A stretch of 43,795 nt of DNA from a virus (IMGVR_UViG_3300028585_000516:1-43795), one strand, 5' to 3'. Positions 18,587-27,954 are shown, counted from the first letter of the stretch. The notes: generated from the sequence alone by a model not told the origin. Numbers and translations are program-made.

Positions 18587-18696
18587 TGGGTGTTCTCCTT
18601 CGTTAACGACGAAAGGCCCCCGTGTGGAGGCCCTACTGATTGGGTGTGGATGGTGTGAGGGGTGCCGCCGACCACCCAATGAATCGACGGCACCCC
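18584..18696 (-). promoter_or_regulatory. Structured intergenic RNA element upstream of the chaperone
   Basis: 15-bp stem (with GU pairs) and loop CAUUGGGU; complementary CACCCAAU sites at 18639-18646 and 18585-18592. Confidence 0.65.
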
Positions 18697-18719
18697 GGCA
18701 TAAGGAGAGGGCGACCTAG

Positions 18720-18818
18720 TCAGTCGCCCTCCGGGTCCTCGGGGGTATCGGGTTCGCCCGGTTCCGGGTCCGGCTCAGGTGCTGGCTCGGGTTCCGGTTC
18801 CGGGTCGGTCAGTTTCCC
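18720..18818 (-). CDS. Putative -1 frameshift extension of the major tail protein (Pro/Glu/Asp tail)
   Basis: G GGA AAC directly before the stop; -1 frame open for KLTDPEPEPEPAPEPDPEPGEPDTPEDPEGD. Confidence 0.65.
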   Translation of the reverse strand, partial: GKLTDPEPEPEPAPEPDPEPGEPDTPEDPEGD

Positions 18819-19468
18819 TCGGCCCAACCCTGGTTCTCGAGGCTCGCGAAGAACGCCGTGCCGCCAGAGATCTCAATCTCGGGGGTGTTCAGCTCTTCGT
18901 CCACGAACCGCTTGAACGTGACCTCACGGTCGATCGTGGTTTCGTTGCCCCACTGCTCAGCGCCGGCAGACTGGACCTTCACGGTGGGAAGGATCTTCGC
19001 CTTCAGGTGCTCGTTGCCGGCGGGTCCATCCCGGTAAACCGAGATCATGGTCCACTCTTCGTGGCGGGGGAACGCAGGCTTGTACTTCACCAGCTCGTTT
19101 GTGCCGACCTCCAGGTCGCGGTAGTCCGCACCATCACACAGCTCGTTGATGACCCGCTTGTCCTCCTGGAAGGTCACCGAGAAAGTGCCCTCCGAGGACT
19201 GAAGATCCTCGCGGGTGTTGTCGTAGTAGCCGTGCGACGGGGTGCCCTCAGTGGAGTCCTCCCGCTCGAAGCTGAGACCGTCAGCGGTGATGAGGCCGCC
19301 GTACTGGAAGCCATCGGCAATCAGGTCCACCAGCTCGTTGTTTGCGGTGAACAGTGTCACCGGCACATCACCCTCTGAACGGCGACGCCAGAACGTGATC
19401 GATTCGACCGCCTTGCGACGGTTGCTGCGGCGATGCCCGGCAGCCTTGTGTGTGTCAAAAGTGACCAT
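18809..19468 (-). CDS. Major tail protein
   Basis: GLITADG, TPSHGYYDNTRED motifs; position after tail terminator. Confidence 0.9.
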   Translation of the reverse strand: MVTFDTHKAAGHRRSNRRKAVESITFWRRRSEGDVPVTLFTANNELVDLIADGFQYGGLITADGLSFEREDSTEGTPSHGYYDNTREDLQSSEGTFSVTFQEDKRVINELCDGADYRDLEVGTNELVKYKPAFPRHEEWTMISVYRDGPAGNEHLKAKILPTVKVQSAGAEQWGNETTIDREVTFKRFVDEELNTPEIEISGGTAFFASLENQGWAEGN

Positions 19469-19506
19469 TGGTATATCCCCTTACAGGACGCGTTTGCGGC
19501 GAATAA

Positions 19507-19929
19507 CTATTGCGGTATTGGGCGTGACCGTAGATCCACCGCCGCAGAGGCAGGGAATACGGAGTCATTGGGGTAGTTGATCGCGGAAGGACCGACCCTC
19601 TGGCGAATACTGTCGAAGTAGAAAGCTGCCGATGTCTGGGATGCGGGGGTCGTGACGCCATGCCCGACGATCATGGAGAGGATCGCCTCGGCTATATCTT
19701 GCGACTCAAGCGGGGACCTGCCATAGACAACCAGCCGGACCTCTTCGACCCGTTCCCCGTCGCCTTCGGTGACGTTCATCCGTTGCACGTGGACCACGGC
19801 GCGACTGGTGTTGTTGAACACGTCCTCGGGCACTTGCACCACGGGGTGCAACGGGAGGCCGGCGTACTCTTCCCCCCGGAGCAGCGACACGACGCCGCGC
19901 ACCCCATCCGGGTAGATCAGGTTCTCCAT
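19507..19929 (-). CDS. Tail terminator protein
   Basis: Synteny and size. Confidence 0.75.
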   Translation of the reverse strand: MENLIYPDGVRGVVSLLRGEEYAGLPLHPVVQVPEDVFNNTSRAVVHVQRMNVTEGDGERVEEVRLVVYGRSPLESQDIAEAILSMIVGHGVTTPASQTSAAFYFDSIRQRVGPSAINYPNDSVFPASAAVDLRSRPIPQ

Positions 19930-20210
19930 CAGCCACCGCCTCTCATGACGTACTGGTTGGAGATATTCAGCAGGGTCCGACGGTGCACGTCGCCCCATGC
20001 GCGCTCGGTCTCGACCACCTCGGCGCCGGCACGCGCTGTCGCGTTCCAGCCGCCCGTCACCGTCCGCTCGGCCGACTCATACCGGCCCTTGCCTTCACGG
20101 TTGGCCTGCGCTGCCATGTCAGCAGCGATAGAGCCCATGGCGCGACCGACCATAGAAGAGTTCATAAACTCGGACATGCCCTGCGAGTTCGGTGTGTACT
20201 TCGCGCTCAT
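19929..20210 (-). CDS. Neck / tail-completion protein (HK97 gp10-like position)
   Basis: Synteny, ATGA overlap. Confidence 0.7.
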   Translation of the reverse strand: MSAKYTPNSQGMSEFMNSSMVGRAMGSIAADMAAQANREGKGRYESAERTVTGGWNATARAGAEVVETERAWGDVHRRTLLNISNQYVMRGGG

Positions 20211-20554
20211 GACGACCACTCCAGATTCACGACGGTTCCGAGCCGCCAGTGATTCGGTCGGCCCACCACCGACCACACAGAATCGGATCCGGTAGGTTCA
20301 GGAAGCCGAACGCGCTCATCGGATCGAATATCGACGTGCTCGTCCCAGAAGAGCTGTGCCCGATGGGTTGAAGCCTCGGATAGCATCTGGTCTTCACCAG
20401 AGGCGCCGGGTGCGAATATCGCCTCTGGGAGTTCGCCGGCGTCCTGCCAGTTGTTCGTGGTCTGGCCCCACTCGTCAACCCCGCCTCGCAGCAGAGTCGG
20501 GGTGCGATAATCCGCTTTCGGATGCCGGTAACGGCGTCTGCGGTTGTGCCTCAC
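20207..20554 (-). CDS. Head-to-tail stopper
   Basis: DEWG, FAPG, W.VVGRP..W motifs. Confidence 0.8.
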   Translation of the reverse strand: MRHNRRRRYRHPKADYRTPTLLRGGVDEWGQTTNNWQDAGELPEAIFAPGASGEDQMLSEASTHRAQLFWDEHVDIRSDERVRLPEPTGSDSVWSVVGRPNHWRLGTVVNLEWSS

Positions 20555-20565
20555 ACCGCCACCCC

Positions 20566-20952
20566 CTACAAGTAGTTCGGCCTCACGGAGAACGCCCGAC
20601 GGCCAGCACCGCCACCAACCGTGAGGTCACGTCGATCCTGGTCAGTCAGTCGCAGTTCACCGGGTGTGTCACCAGCGAACGTGGTCGATCCTGAGAGTGG
20701 GCCAGTGGAGTCCTGGATAGTCCTGATCCCGTCCGGGTTACGGAGACGGCGGATCACCATCCCGGCCACGACGCGCACCACGCGCAGCTTCGGTATCTCA
20801 TTCGGGACCTGGGCGGTGAGCTTCGGGAACGCCGTCTGCGCGATGTCCTCAGCGTCGAGAATCAAGCTCTCGATATCGTCGTCACCGTAGTCCGCATCCG
20901 CGCCGAGCGCCCGCTTACGGACATCTGCGACTTCAGTCCACAGCTTCGGCAT
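20566..20952 (-). CDS. Head-to-tail adaptor
   Basis: LI.DAE...VV..MV.R.LRNPDG....TGP.S motif. Confidence 0.85.
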   Translation of the reverse strand: MPKLWTEVADVRKRALGADADYGDDDIESLILDAEDIAQTAFPKLTAQVPNEIPKLRVVRVVAGMVIRRLRNPDGIRTIQDSTGPLSGSTTFAGDTPGELRLTDQDRRDLTVGGGAGRRAFSVRPNYL

Positions 20953-21154
20953 CCTCGGCCTCCACCTTCTTCGGGCGACCCCGCTTCGGCTTCGAAGCCT
21001 CAGGCTCGGGGGCACTCTCGGGCTTCGACGTGGCCGCTGCCTGGAGCAGGGACTCGTGCACTTCGACACCGGCGGGGACATCGTCACCCTTGGAAAGCGT
21101 CACGCCCTTACCCAGATGGATCACGCCAATCAGGTCTTCACGAATCTTTGCCAT
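20933..21154 (-). CDS. Small head-associated hypothetical protein
   Basis: L..GDDVP motif, KRGRPKK tail; RBS GGAGG. Confidence 0.75.
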   Translation of the reverse strand: MAKIREDLIGVIHLGKGVTLSKGDDVPAGVEVHESLLQAAATSKPESAPEPEASKPKRGRPKKVEAEDAEAVD

Positions 21155-21184
21155 GCTGCCCTCCAGGTTCAAAGTCATCGGGTA

Positions 21185-21227
21185 CGACGAGAGGCCCCAT
21201 CGAGTCACACTCGGGGGCCTCTCGTCG
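21185..21227 (-). terminator. Hairpin / terminator after the major capsid gene
   Basis: 14-bp perfect inverted repeat CGACGAGAGGCCCC / GGGGCCTCTCGTCG. Confidence 0.65.
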
Positions 21228-21253
21228 GTCTAGCTATTCAGTTATGCGTGGGC

Positions 21254-22231
21254 TCAGAGAACCTTCGCGGAGAACGACAGGTTCGCGTTCTTCAGCAGCG
21301 GCAGCACCGTGGCGTTCGCCCGGATGATCTGAGTGTCCGGGTCGTTCTGCCGGTAGGTGCCCAGCACGATCCCCGACGGTCCGCCCGGAAGCGACTCGTA
21401 GTCGCCCTGGGGGTCCGAGGTGGCACCCCACACGGTGGAACCAAGAGCGTCGACGCCGCGAGTAGCGAAGACGACATGCTCCTGCGACAGTGAGCGACCG
21501 GGGTGCACGGTCAGCGCCGGCAGACCATGAGAGGCCAGCACGGAGCCGAGCGACTCCTGAGAAACGAACGTGGTTGATCCCAGGTAGTCCCGGATCGCCT
21601 GGTTCCGCATCAGGGCGGAGACGACACGGCGAGGGACGATCAGATCGGTCGGCTCTTCACCGTTCTCGGCCACGTACAGGTCGCGCCAGATCTCCAGATC
21701 CGCAATGGGATCCGCGTTCTCGGCGCCCCACAGGACCGCAGCGTTGGCGGTGAAGTCAGGACGGCGACCAAAGTCGACCACCTGCGCCCCACCATCCTCA
21801 AACTCCACCCGCAGCGCGCCAGTCAGGAGAGCCTGACCACGCAGAGCATCGAGATCCGTGACCATACGGCGCACCAGGTTGCGGATGATCGACTGAACAC
21901 GAGTGTCCAGCGCCTCATCCCCCACCTCAGCGCGACGGCCCAGGAACTCGAGCTCCCCGATCGACTCCTTGATCGACTGCGGCTGCAGGAACGCCGAACG
22001 ACGCTCCCCGCCAGCAGTGTGAGCCCGGTTCGACTCCGCATCGAACGCACGGAACGTGGACCCCTTCGAGTCCTGCTTCGCGTCCACGGTGAACTCCACC
22101 GCGGGCTTCGTGGTGGTCTCGGCGGGGAGGATCTGAGCAGTGATGCTCTGTTCCTCCAGCGCCTGCTGCACACCACGCGCAGAAGCAGTCAGCTCAGCCG
22201 GATCCACATCGTAAAGAAGGTTGTCACTCAT
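21254..22231 (-). CDS. Major capsid protein (capsid-E family)
   Basis: FRAFDAE, VDFG, ADPIADLEIW motifs; follows decoration gene. Confidence 0.9.
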   Translation of the reverse strand: MSDNLLYDVDPAELTASARGVQQALEEQSITAQILPAETTTKPAVEFTVDAKQDSKGSTFRAFDAESNRAHTAGGERRSAFLQPQSIKESIGELEFLGRRAEVGDEALDTRVQSIIRNLVRRMVTDLDALRGQALLTGALRVEFEDGGAQVVDFGRRPDFTANAAVLWGAENADPIADLEIWRDLYVAENGEEPTDLIVPRRVVSALMRNQAIRDYLGSTTFVSQESLGSVLASHGLPALTVHPGRSLSQEHVVFATRGVDALGSTVWGATSDPQGDYESLPGGPSGIVLGTYRQNDPDTQIIRANATVLPLLKNANLSFSAKVL

Positions 22232-22237
22232 CGTCTA

Positions 22238-22603
22238 TCACTGACCTTCCGGGGTCGATGCGGACGCCACAGGCGCGTTGAACGTGAACGCCGAACCGGC
22301 AGGAGGAGTGAACTCCTCGTCCGGCAGGTTGTTCACCTTGATGTCACCGTGGATGACCACAGCGACCGGGTAGTCGCCGTGCTCCAGCGGGTAGTCGTTG
22401 TACAGGAAGCCGCGCAGAGTGCCGCCCGCGTAGGGGACAGCAAGCTGGTCGCCATCGAGCTGTACCGCGGTGCCAGACGGCACCGAGTCACCCTCGAAAG
22501 CATCAGCCTTCAGCACGTGCGTCTTGCGAATGTTGTGATCAGAGCCCAGCCAGGTGCGGTCATTAGCGCCCAACTCCGGCCCATGATTCTTGAAGTACGC
22601 CAT
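22238..22603 (-). CDS. Head decoration protein
   Basis: DRTWL, PSGT, GFL, HG.I....LP motifs. Confidence 0.85.
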   Translation of the reverse strand: MAYFKNHGPELGANDRTWLGSDHNIRKTHVLKADAFEGDSVPSGTAVQLDGDQLAVPYAGGTLRGFLYNDYPLEHGDYPVAVVIHGDIKVNNLPDEEFTPPAGSAFTFNAPVASASTPEGQ

Positions 22604-22614
22604 GAAAGCGCTCC

Positions 22615-23139
22615 TTAATGGGTCTTGGCCTGCTCATAGGCCTTTTGCTTGACTTCGTCATAGGTAGGACGCTGCGGCTTCTCGCCACCCGTCCCAGCGG
22701 ACGGAACATGACCCTGCGGCTGTTGACCCTGTGCGCCCTGCTCGCCGCCCTGTGCGGTCGCATCACCCTCGCCAGGCTTGCCGCCACCCAGTGAGCGCAC
22801 GTCGTTGAGGAACTCGTCAGCCGCAGCCTCTAGCTCCTCCTCGGACTCCCCCGACAGGTACTTAGCCGGCACGTTCTTCTTGTGCGCCACCTTCGTCACC
22901 AGGAGTGCGCGTTCACGCTCCCCCACAGTCGACTTGAGACCGCTGATCTCCGTGTCGCGCTCAGCCACCGTGGACTTGAACTGATCCCGCTCCTGAAGAG
23001 CCGACGCCTTCTCGGCCTCAAGCGCGTTGATCTTGTTCAGCTTCGGAGCCAAAGCGTTCTGGATGATCCGGTTCAACTCGTCCTGGTTCGTCGGGAAGTT
23101 CTCAGGGTTCACATGGTCTTCAGACATGGTCGTGTCCAT
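22615..23139 (-). CDS. Scaffolding protein
   Basis: QDELNRII, coiled coil, L.G..EEEL...A motif. Confidence 0.85.
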   Translation of the reverse strand: MDTTMSEDHVNPENFPTNQDELNRIIQNALAPKLNKINALEAEKASALQERDQFKSTVAERDTEISGLKSTVGERERALLVTKVAHKKNVPAKYLSGESEEELEAAADEFLNDVRSLGGGKPGEGDATAQGGEQGAQGQQPQGHVPSAGTGGEKPQRPTYDEVKQKAYEQAKTH

Positions 23140-23219
23140 CCTTTTTCGTGCGGAGTTGTGGCCTCCTGGGCCTGAAACACCGATTACGTCGGTTACACGC
23201 CAACCCGCAGGTCGGAAAT

Positions 23220-23987
23220 CTAGAGCAGCTCAGCCCGGAGGTTGTCGAGCTGCCAACGGTTCGCGTCGATCCACTCGCGGGTCCGCTTCTGATGGTTATC
23301 GAGGATCCGTTGCGCCTTCGCCCGGTCCGCCGGACTCAGGTCGGGGTTGTTGGCCCGTGCGCGGACTGATCCCATCCGCTTGGACGCCTCGTACGCCCGC
23401 ACATCTACTTCAGGCGCGGTGGGATCCCATGAGGGGGCCGCCCGGCACCGGCAGTGGTCATGGGACGCGAAGTCAGCAGTGGCTCGCTTGTAGACCGCGC
23501 CGCGACCGGCGAGCATGACGCAGAAATCGCACCCGTCTGCCCGGGCGATCCGATTCCACCCGACAGCCCTGGTGTCCCGGTTGACGTTCTCCCGGATCGT
23601 TCCCCGAGAGACGTCCTCAACCTGCCGCACCAACGCGCCAGCCAAAGACTCGAACGGTGACACGCGACCCACCTCGAACAACGCCCCGGCCGCGTACCGC
23701 ACATTCCGGCGCACCACATCGGGATCAGGCAATGGACCCAGACGGGCGGAGAAAGTGCCGCCCAGCTCCGAACGGCGAACCCGCTCAAACCACTCAGCAG
23801 ACCCCGCAGCCATCAACTGACCACGCCGATCCACCAACGTCGGGGCGACCTCCAGAAGCGCATCACGCGCCACTGCCGGGGCTGCGGAACCAACTGACCG
23901 GCCGAGTGACCGCAGCTCAACAGCGATACCCGCTGTAACTGAGGCGTTGAACCGCGTCAGCTCATCAACTTGCGCAGCAGTGACCAT
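23220..23987 (-). CDS. MuF-like minor capsid / capsid maturation protein
   Basis: CDFCVMLAGRG, HDHCRC motifs. Confidence 0.85.
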   Translation of the reverse strand: MVTAAQVDELTRFNASVTAGIAVELRSLGRSVGSAAPAVARDALLEVAPTLVDRRGQLMAAGSAEWFERVRRSELGGTFSARLGPLPDPDVVRRNVRYAAGALFEVGRVSPFESLAGALVRQVEDVSRGTIRENVNRDTRAVGWNRIARADGCDFCVMLAGRGAVYKRATADFASHDHCRCRAAPSWDPTAPEVDVRAYEASKRMGSVRARANNPDLSPADRAKAQRILDNHQKRTREWIDANRWQLDNLRAELL

Positions 23988-25567
23988 TAGCCCTCCACCA
24001 GGCCATCACGGATCGTGACGGGCACAGCGCCGGGCCGCATCTGCACTTCAGCGATATCCAGAGAACCAGCAGCGACCTTCGCAGCGGACTCCGGTGTCGC
24101 ACCAGAGCGCACCAGGATCCCGAACGTGTTCGCACGCTCGGACAGCTTCACCTCATCAACAGGCTCAGCTGAACTTGAAGCGCCACCCTCCAGCAAGCGG
24201 TCCAAGATCGAACCGCCAGCGGCCCGCTCATTCTCGAGAGCAATCGCTTCAGCCGCCTCCTTGGAGATCGGCAGTTCCGCCAGCGTCGAAGCAGACCCCG
24301 GCTGGAAGTTCCCAATCTGCGTCTGCTGGTGAACCATATTCGACTGCTCAGCCATCGAACGAGTGCGCGGATCCTCCCAGCGCGCAGTCAGGCCACGCAG
24401 CTCGGCGTAATCCGCCGGCTCGAAATCGCCGTGAATCAAGCTCAGAGCATTCAGTGCCAAGGCCCGCCGACCGCGCCCCAGGATCGGGTTCTGCGCCTTC
24501 ACATTGCGCACCAAGTCAACTTCTTTGGCCTCAATGGCCTGGGCTGAGGTTGGGTTCGAATCCTGAGCCACGCCGAAGTAGTCGATCGGAATCGAAGATT
24601 CACCCGAGCACGCCGCGCCCAGCAGCCGGAACTGCTCAGAGAACGGCAGAAACGACAACTGCTGGAACGAGTGCACGCCCGCACGCCGCAGCGAGTCGGG
24701 CATATTCTCATCGTCCTCTGGGGTCACATCTGGCAGGCCGTTCACCGCGCCCATCACGACATCCCAGGGGGACATCTCGCGACCAGTTTTCGGATCCGTG
24801 AATGCCTCAACACCAGCCCCGAGGAGCAGAACTCGCGGGTGCATATAGATCTGGGCTGCGACCTCCTGCCGCAGCAACGTTCGAATGCCAGCAAGAGTAA
24901 GGTCCATGATCGGCTGCGTGATCCGCGACCGACCAAACGGCTTACCCAGCGTCGCGCCATGCACATGCACCGCGCACTGAACCCGGCGGGTGCCTGTCCG
25001 CGCCTCATTGACCTTGATCCAGCGGCCATCAGCCGCACGAATGCAAGACACCACCCGATACGGGAGATAGAGATTGAACTCGGACCGCCCCGTGGTCTCC
25101 AGCGCCGCAGTAACTTCACCGGTTCGAGGGTTCAGCTCCGCAGTAGCAGTCCTCGCCGTACGCGCAGAGAAGACCACCAGCGGCTCCCCCGCCAGCACAT
25201 CGCCCGGCGTGGAGAACACGAACGAGCAACCCAGCTCATCCGCCGCTTCAATTACCTGCGGCTCACGAGACGCATAGTCGTTGTCCTCGAATACCGACTC
25301 AATATCTTCAAGAAGCGATGTCGGAGTGCGAGTACTAAACCCAGTGGGCACCTGACGGGCAGCAAACGCCGTGACCGCCTTCTTCGGCCACGACAACATC
25401 GTCATGAACCGGTCCATCCCAGGAGGGATCTCCACACCCAGATGCCGGAGCTTCACATCAGACTCCGAGTAATCCACCCGCAGCGTGTTCCGCTTCGTTC
25501 GGGCATGAATCACCTGGAACATGCGAGAAGCGAGAGTCGCCTCATCCTCAGTCAGATAATCAACCAT
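23987..25567 (-). CDS. Portal protein
   Basis: WP.KAV, PFGRSRIT, NP.SA.AI motifs; follows terminase. Confidence 0.92.
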   Translation of the reverse strand: MVDYLTEDEATLASRMFQVIHARTKRNTLRVDYSESDVKLRHLGVEIPPGMDRFMTMLSWPKKAVTAFAARQVPTGFSTRTPTSLLEDIESVFEDNDYASREPQVIEAADELGCSFVFSTPGDVLAGEPLVVFSARTARTATAELNPRTGEVTAALETTGRSEFNLYLPYRVVSCIRAADGRWIKVNEARTGTRRVQCAVHVHGATLGKPFGRSRITQPIMDLTLAGIRTLLRQEVAAQIYMHPRVLLLGAGVEAFTDPKTGREMSPWDVVMGAVNGLPDVTPEDDENMPDSLRRAGVHSFQQLSFLPFSEQFRLLGAACSGESSIPIDYFGVAQDSNPTSAQAIEAKEVDLVRNVKAQNPILGRGRRALALNALSLIHGDFEPADYAELRGLTARWEDPRTRSMAEQSNMVHQQTQIGNFQPGSASTLAELPISKEAAEAIALENERAAGGSILDRLLEGGASSSAEPVDEVKLSERANTFGILVRSGATPESAAKVAAGSLDIAEVQMRPGAVPVTIRDGLVEG

Positions 25568-27063
25568 CAGCGACCCCCTCTCCTTGCCGGTACGCGACCA
25601 TGCGACGCACGGCCTGACGCTCTACTAGATTTCGACGCGCCCGGATTACGTTTCGTTGTCACAGCGCCCCAATGGGCAAGAGTGGCCGCCTCGAGCAGCG
25701 TCACCGTGAACCCATCCGGGGCCTTCCAACCGAAACCACCCTGGGTGCCGATGGGGCGTCGCAGTGCCACCGATACCTGCTCACTCAGAGCCGCATCGGC
25801 ACAGTGAGAAAGGGACGCATCAGTGACCGCCTGCTTGAACATGGCATGAGCCGTAGTGACCTCATCAAGCTTCGGCACAAGGATCAGTTTCGGGTTGCGG
25901 ACACCAGCCGTGTTCAGATCATTGACCAGCGCACCAGTCCCCGACTTGCCGTCAATGACGATCTGCGCGGCGCCCTTCGAGCGCTCCTGAAGCCACTCGA
26001 CCAACCACGTCGTTCCCTCGCTCATCGACACGTGCCGGACACCCGCAACATGCACAGGACCCTGCGCCGGGCGCACCGCAACAGCCAAAGCCACCTGGGA
26101 CCCATCCGCCGAGAACTTCACGCCATACACGGTGCGACCCTCCGAAGGAATCGTCTCCGGGCTGATCGCCAAATTCCCCCAACGCTTCACGTCAAGCACC
26201 TGCTTCTCGGCGCTCTCCTCATCCCACACACCAAGGCCCTCACGGACAAACGACTCAGGCGTCATCTTCTTCTTCATGCGAAGAATCGCGGTCCTAGACG
26301 TTCGATGCGGGAACGACGGATTCGCCTTAGCAAGCTGCTCCCAGTCATCAGGATCAGCATCATCCTCAGCGCCCAGCTCCACATACAGTGCGTCCTTCTC
26401 CTCACCGGAGAGCGCCTGCCTGCGTGCCTGACTGAAAACCTCAGACGGATCAACCGGCTTCGGAGGTGTACCGATCATCACGACCAGGGCATTCTCAACA
26501 CTGTTCGTCGCCGGCAACATGTCATCAATCGCCCGGTCAGTCAGGATCTGCGCCTCATCGAAAACCGCGATGCCAACCTTCGTGAAACCACGCCCGAAAC
26601 CCTGCTCACGAGCTCCGAACATGATCCGAGAACCGTTCCGAAACCGGATCGACTGCTGCCCCGCGCCATTCGTCGGCTCATCCATGTAAGGGGCAATCTT
26701 CGGATTAGCAGACATGCCCTTCATGTCATCGAACGTCTCGTCAGCCGTTCTCGACCGATGCGCAGTCCACAACACCGTCAAGCCCGGGAACAAGATGCAC
26801 AGCGCAAAAATGATGTGCCCGATCGTGAACGTCTTACCAACCTGGCGAGGAATCGACCACGTGATGCCGCCAATCGCAGCCGCATACAAGCCATCCGCAC
26901 GCTTCGCCAACGTCAACTGACCGATGCCGTCCTGCCAGCGGTCAAAAGTGACACCCAGATCCGAGCACTTATCGCGCACCGCCGGCCACCCCGTGGAAAC
27001 AATGCCCTCCGGGATCACTAGGTGCTTGGCGACCTCAGACAGCCTCGGGCCGGAATTGCTCAT
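25567..27063 (-). CDS. terL: Terminase large subunit
   Basis: PRQVGKT Walker A, VFDEAQ Walker B, GTPP, ANPS motifs. Confidence 0.95.
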   Translation of the reverse strand: MSNSGPRLSEVAKHLVIPEGIVSTGWPAVRDKCSDLGVTFDRWQDGIGQLTLAKRADGLYAAAIGGITWSIPRQVGKTFTIGHIIFALCILFPGLTVLWTAHRSRTADETFDDMKGMSANPKIAPYMDEPTNGAGQQSIRFRNGSRIMFGAREQGFGRGFTKVGIAVFDEAQILTDRAIDDMLPATNSVENALVVMIGTPPKPVDPSEVFSQARRQALSGEEKDALYVELGAEDDADPDDWEQLAKANPSFPHRTSRTAILRMKKKMTPESFVREGLGVWDEESAEKQVLDVKRWGNLAISPETIPSEGRTVYGVKFSADGSQVALAVAVRPAQGPVHVAGVRHVSMSEGTTWLVEWLQERSKGAAQIVIDGKSGTGALVNDLNTAGVRNPKLILVPKLDEVTTAHAMFKQAVTDASLSHCADAALSEQVSVALRRPIGTQGGFGWKAPDGFTVTLLEAATLAHWGAVTTKRNPGASKSSRASGRASHGRVPARRGGR

Positions 27064-27325
27064 CGCTGGAGACTTCACTTTCGTGTGCCTCCTCAGCCCA
27101 CTGCTTCCGCAGTGCCTCGATCTCCTTGCTGACCTCACTCAGACGCTTCGTCAAGGCGGCGAGATCTCGGGCTGACGTATTTTCGTCGTCCACGCGACTA
27201 GCAATGACCTTGCGCATCTGCAGCAACTCATCCAGTCGAGTACCGAACTCGATAGCGTCCGAAACCGAAGCAACCTTGCGCAAAGGCTTATCGTCAGGAC
27301 CAACAGCGGTGAGCTTCGTTGCCAT
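27035..27325 (-). CDS. terS: Terminase small subunit
   Basis: ARDLAALTKRL motif; overlaps terL start; RBS GGAGG. Confidence 0.85.
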   Translation of the reverse strand: MATKLTAVGPDDKPLRKVASVSDAIEFGTRLDELLQMRKVIASRVDDENTSARDLAALTKRLSEVSKEIEALRKQWAEEAHESEVSSDEQFRPEAV

Positions 27326-27463
27326 TTCGCCGCCCCCTCCTGTGGAAAAACCTGTGAATAGATATGCTCATTGCCTCTGGGAAAGGCGCGGGCGCGGGTG
27401 GGAGGGGGTCCCCCATCCCGGTGCTGTGAGTTTTCTGTGCGTTACCTGGACGCGGACGCGGTT

Positions 27464-27790
27464 TCACCACTGTTCGGCGTGTTCGGTCCATCCTGGTAGC
27501 GCGTTGTCAAGTGTTTTGCGTGGCCATTTGGCTGTTTTCGCGCCGAGTGATTGGTTGCATCGTCGGCAGCATGTGCGCAGGTTGGTGAAGGCGTCTGTGC
27601 CTCCGTGTGCGACTGGCACGATGTGGTCGACTTCTGCGCTGTTGCGCCGTCCTGCGTTGGTGTAGTCGAGCTTTATGCCGCATTCGGGGCAGTTGGTGAC
27701 GCCGTCGCGTTGGTCGCGCCGCAGGACCTTGACGCGCAGGTTCTTCCACTTGGTTGTTGCGGTGCGCGGCGTTGGTTTGCGTGGCGGCAC
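27464..27790 (-). CDS. Packaging-associated HNH endonuclease
   Basis: CPEC...EVDHIVP...GG....NL..CCRRCN; directly upstream of terS. Confidence 0.9.
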   Translation of the reverse strand: MPPRKPTPRTATTKWKNLRVKVLRRDQRDGVTNCPECGIKLDYTNAGRRNSAEVDHIVPVAHGGTDAFTNLRTCCRRCNQSLGAKTAKWPRKTLDNALPGWTEHAEQW

Positions 27791-27954
27791 AGTGTCACCT
27801 CGTGTGCATGTGTGTCGCCCAGCCGTGGGGAGCGTGGCTCGACCCGATCCGGCTGGGCGACGGTTGGCGCGTTGCCTCTTCGTCCAGGCTTCCCGGCGCG
27901 TGGCTTCTGGGTTGGCTTGGGGGTTGTGGGGCTGGGCGCGTGGTTGGTGGGGTT

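Noticed and set aside
24671-27021. Long + strand ORFs (378 and 449 aa) opposite portal and terminase
   Set aside because: Antisense shadow ORFs typical of high-GC codon bias; no recognisable motifs
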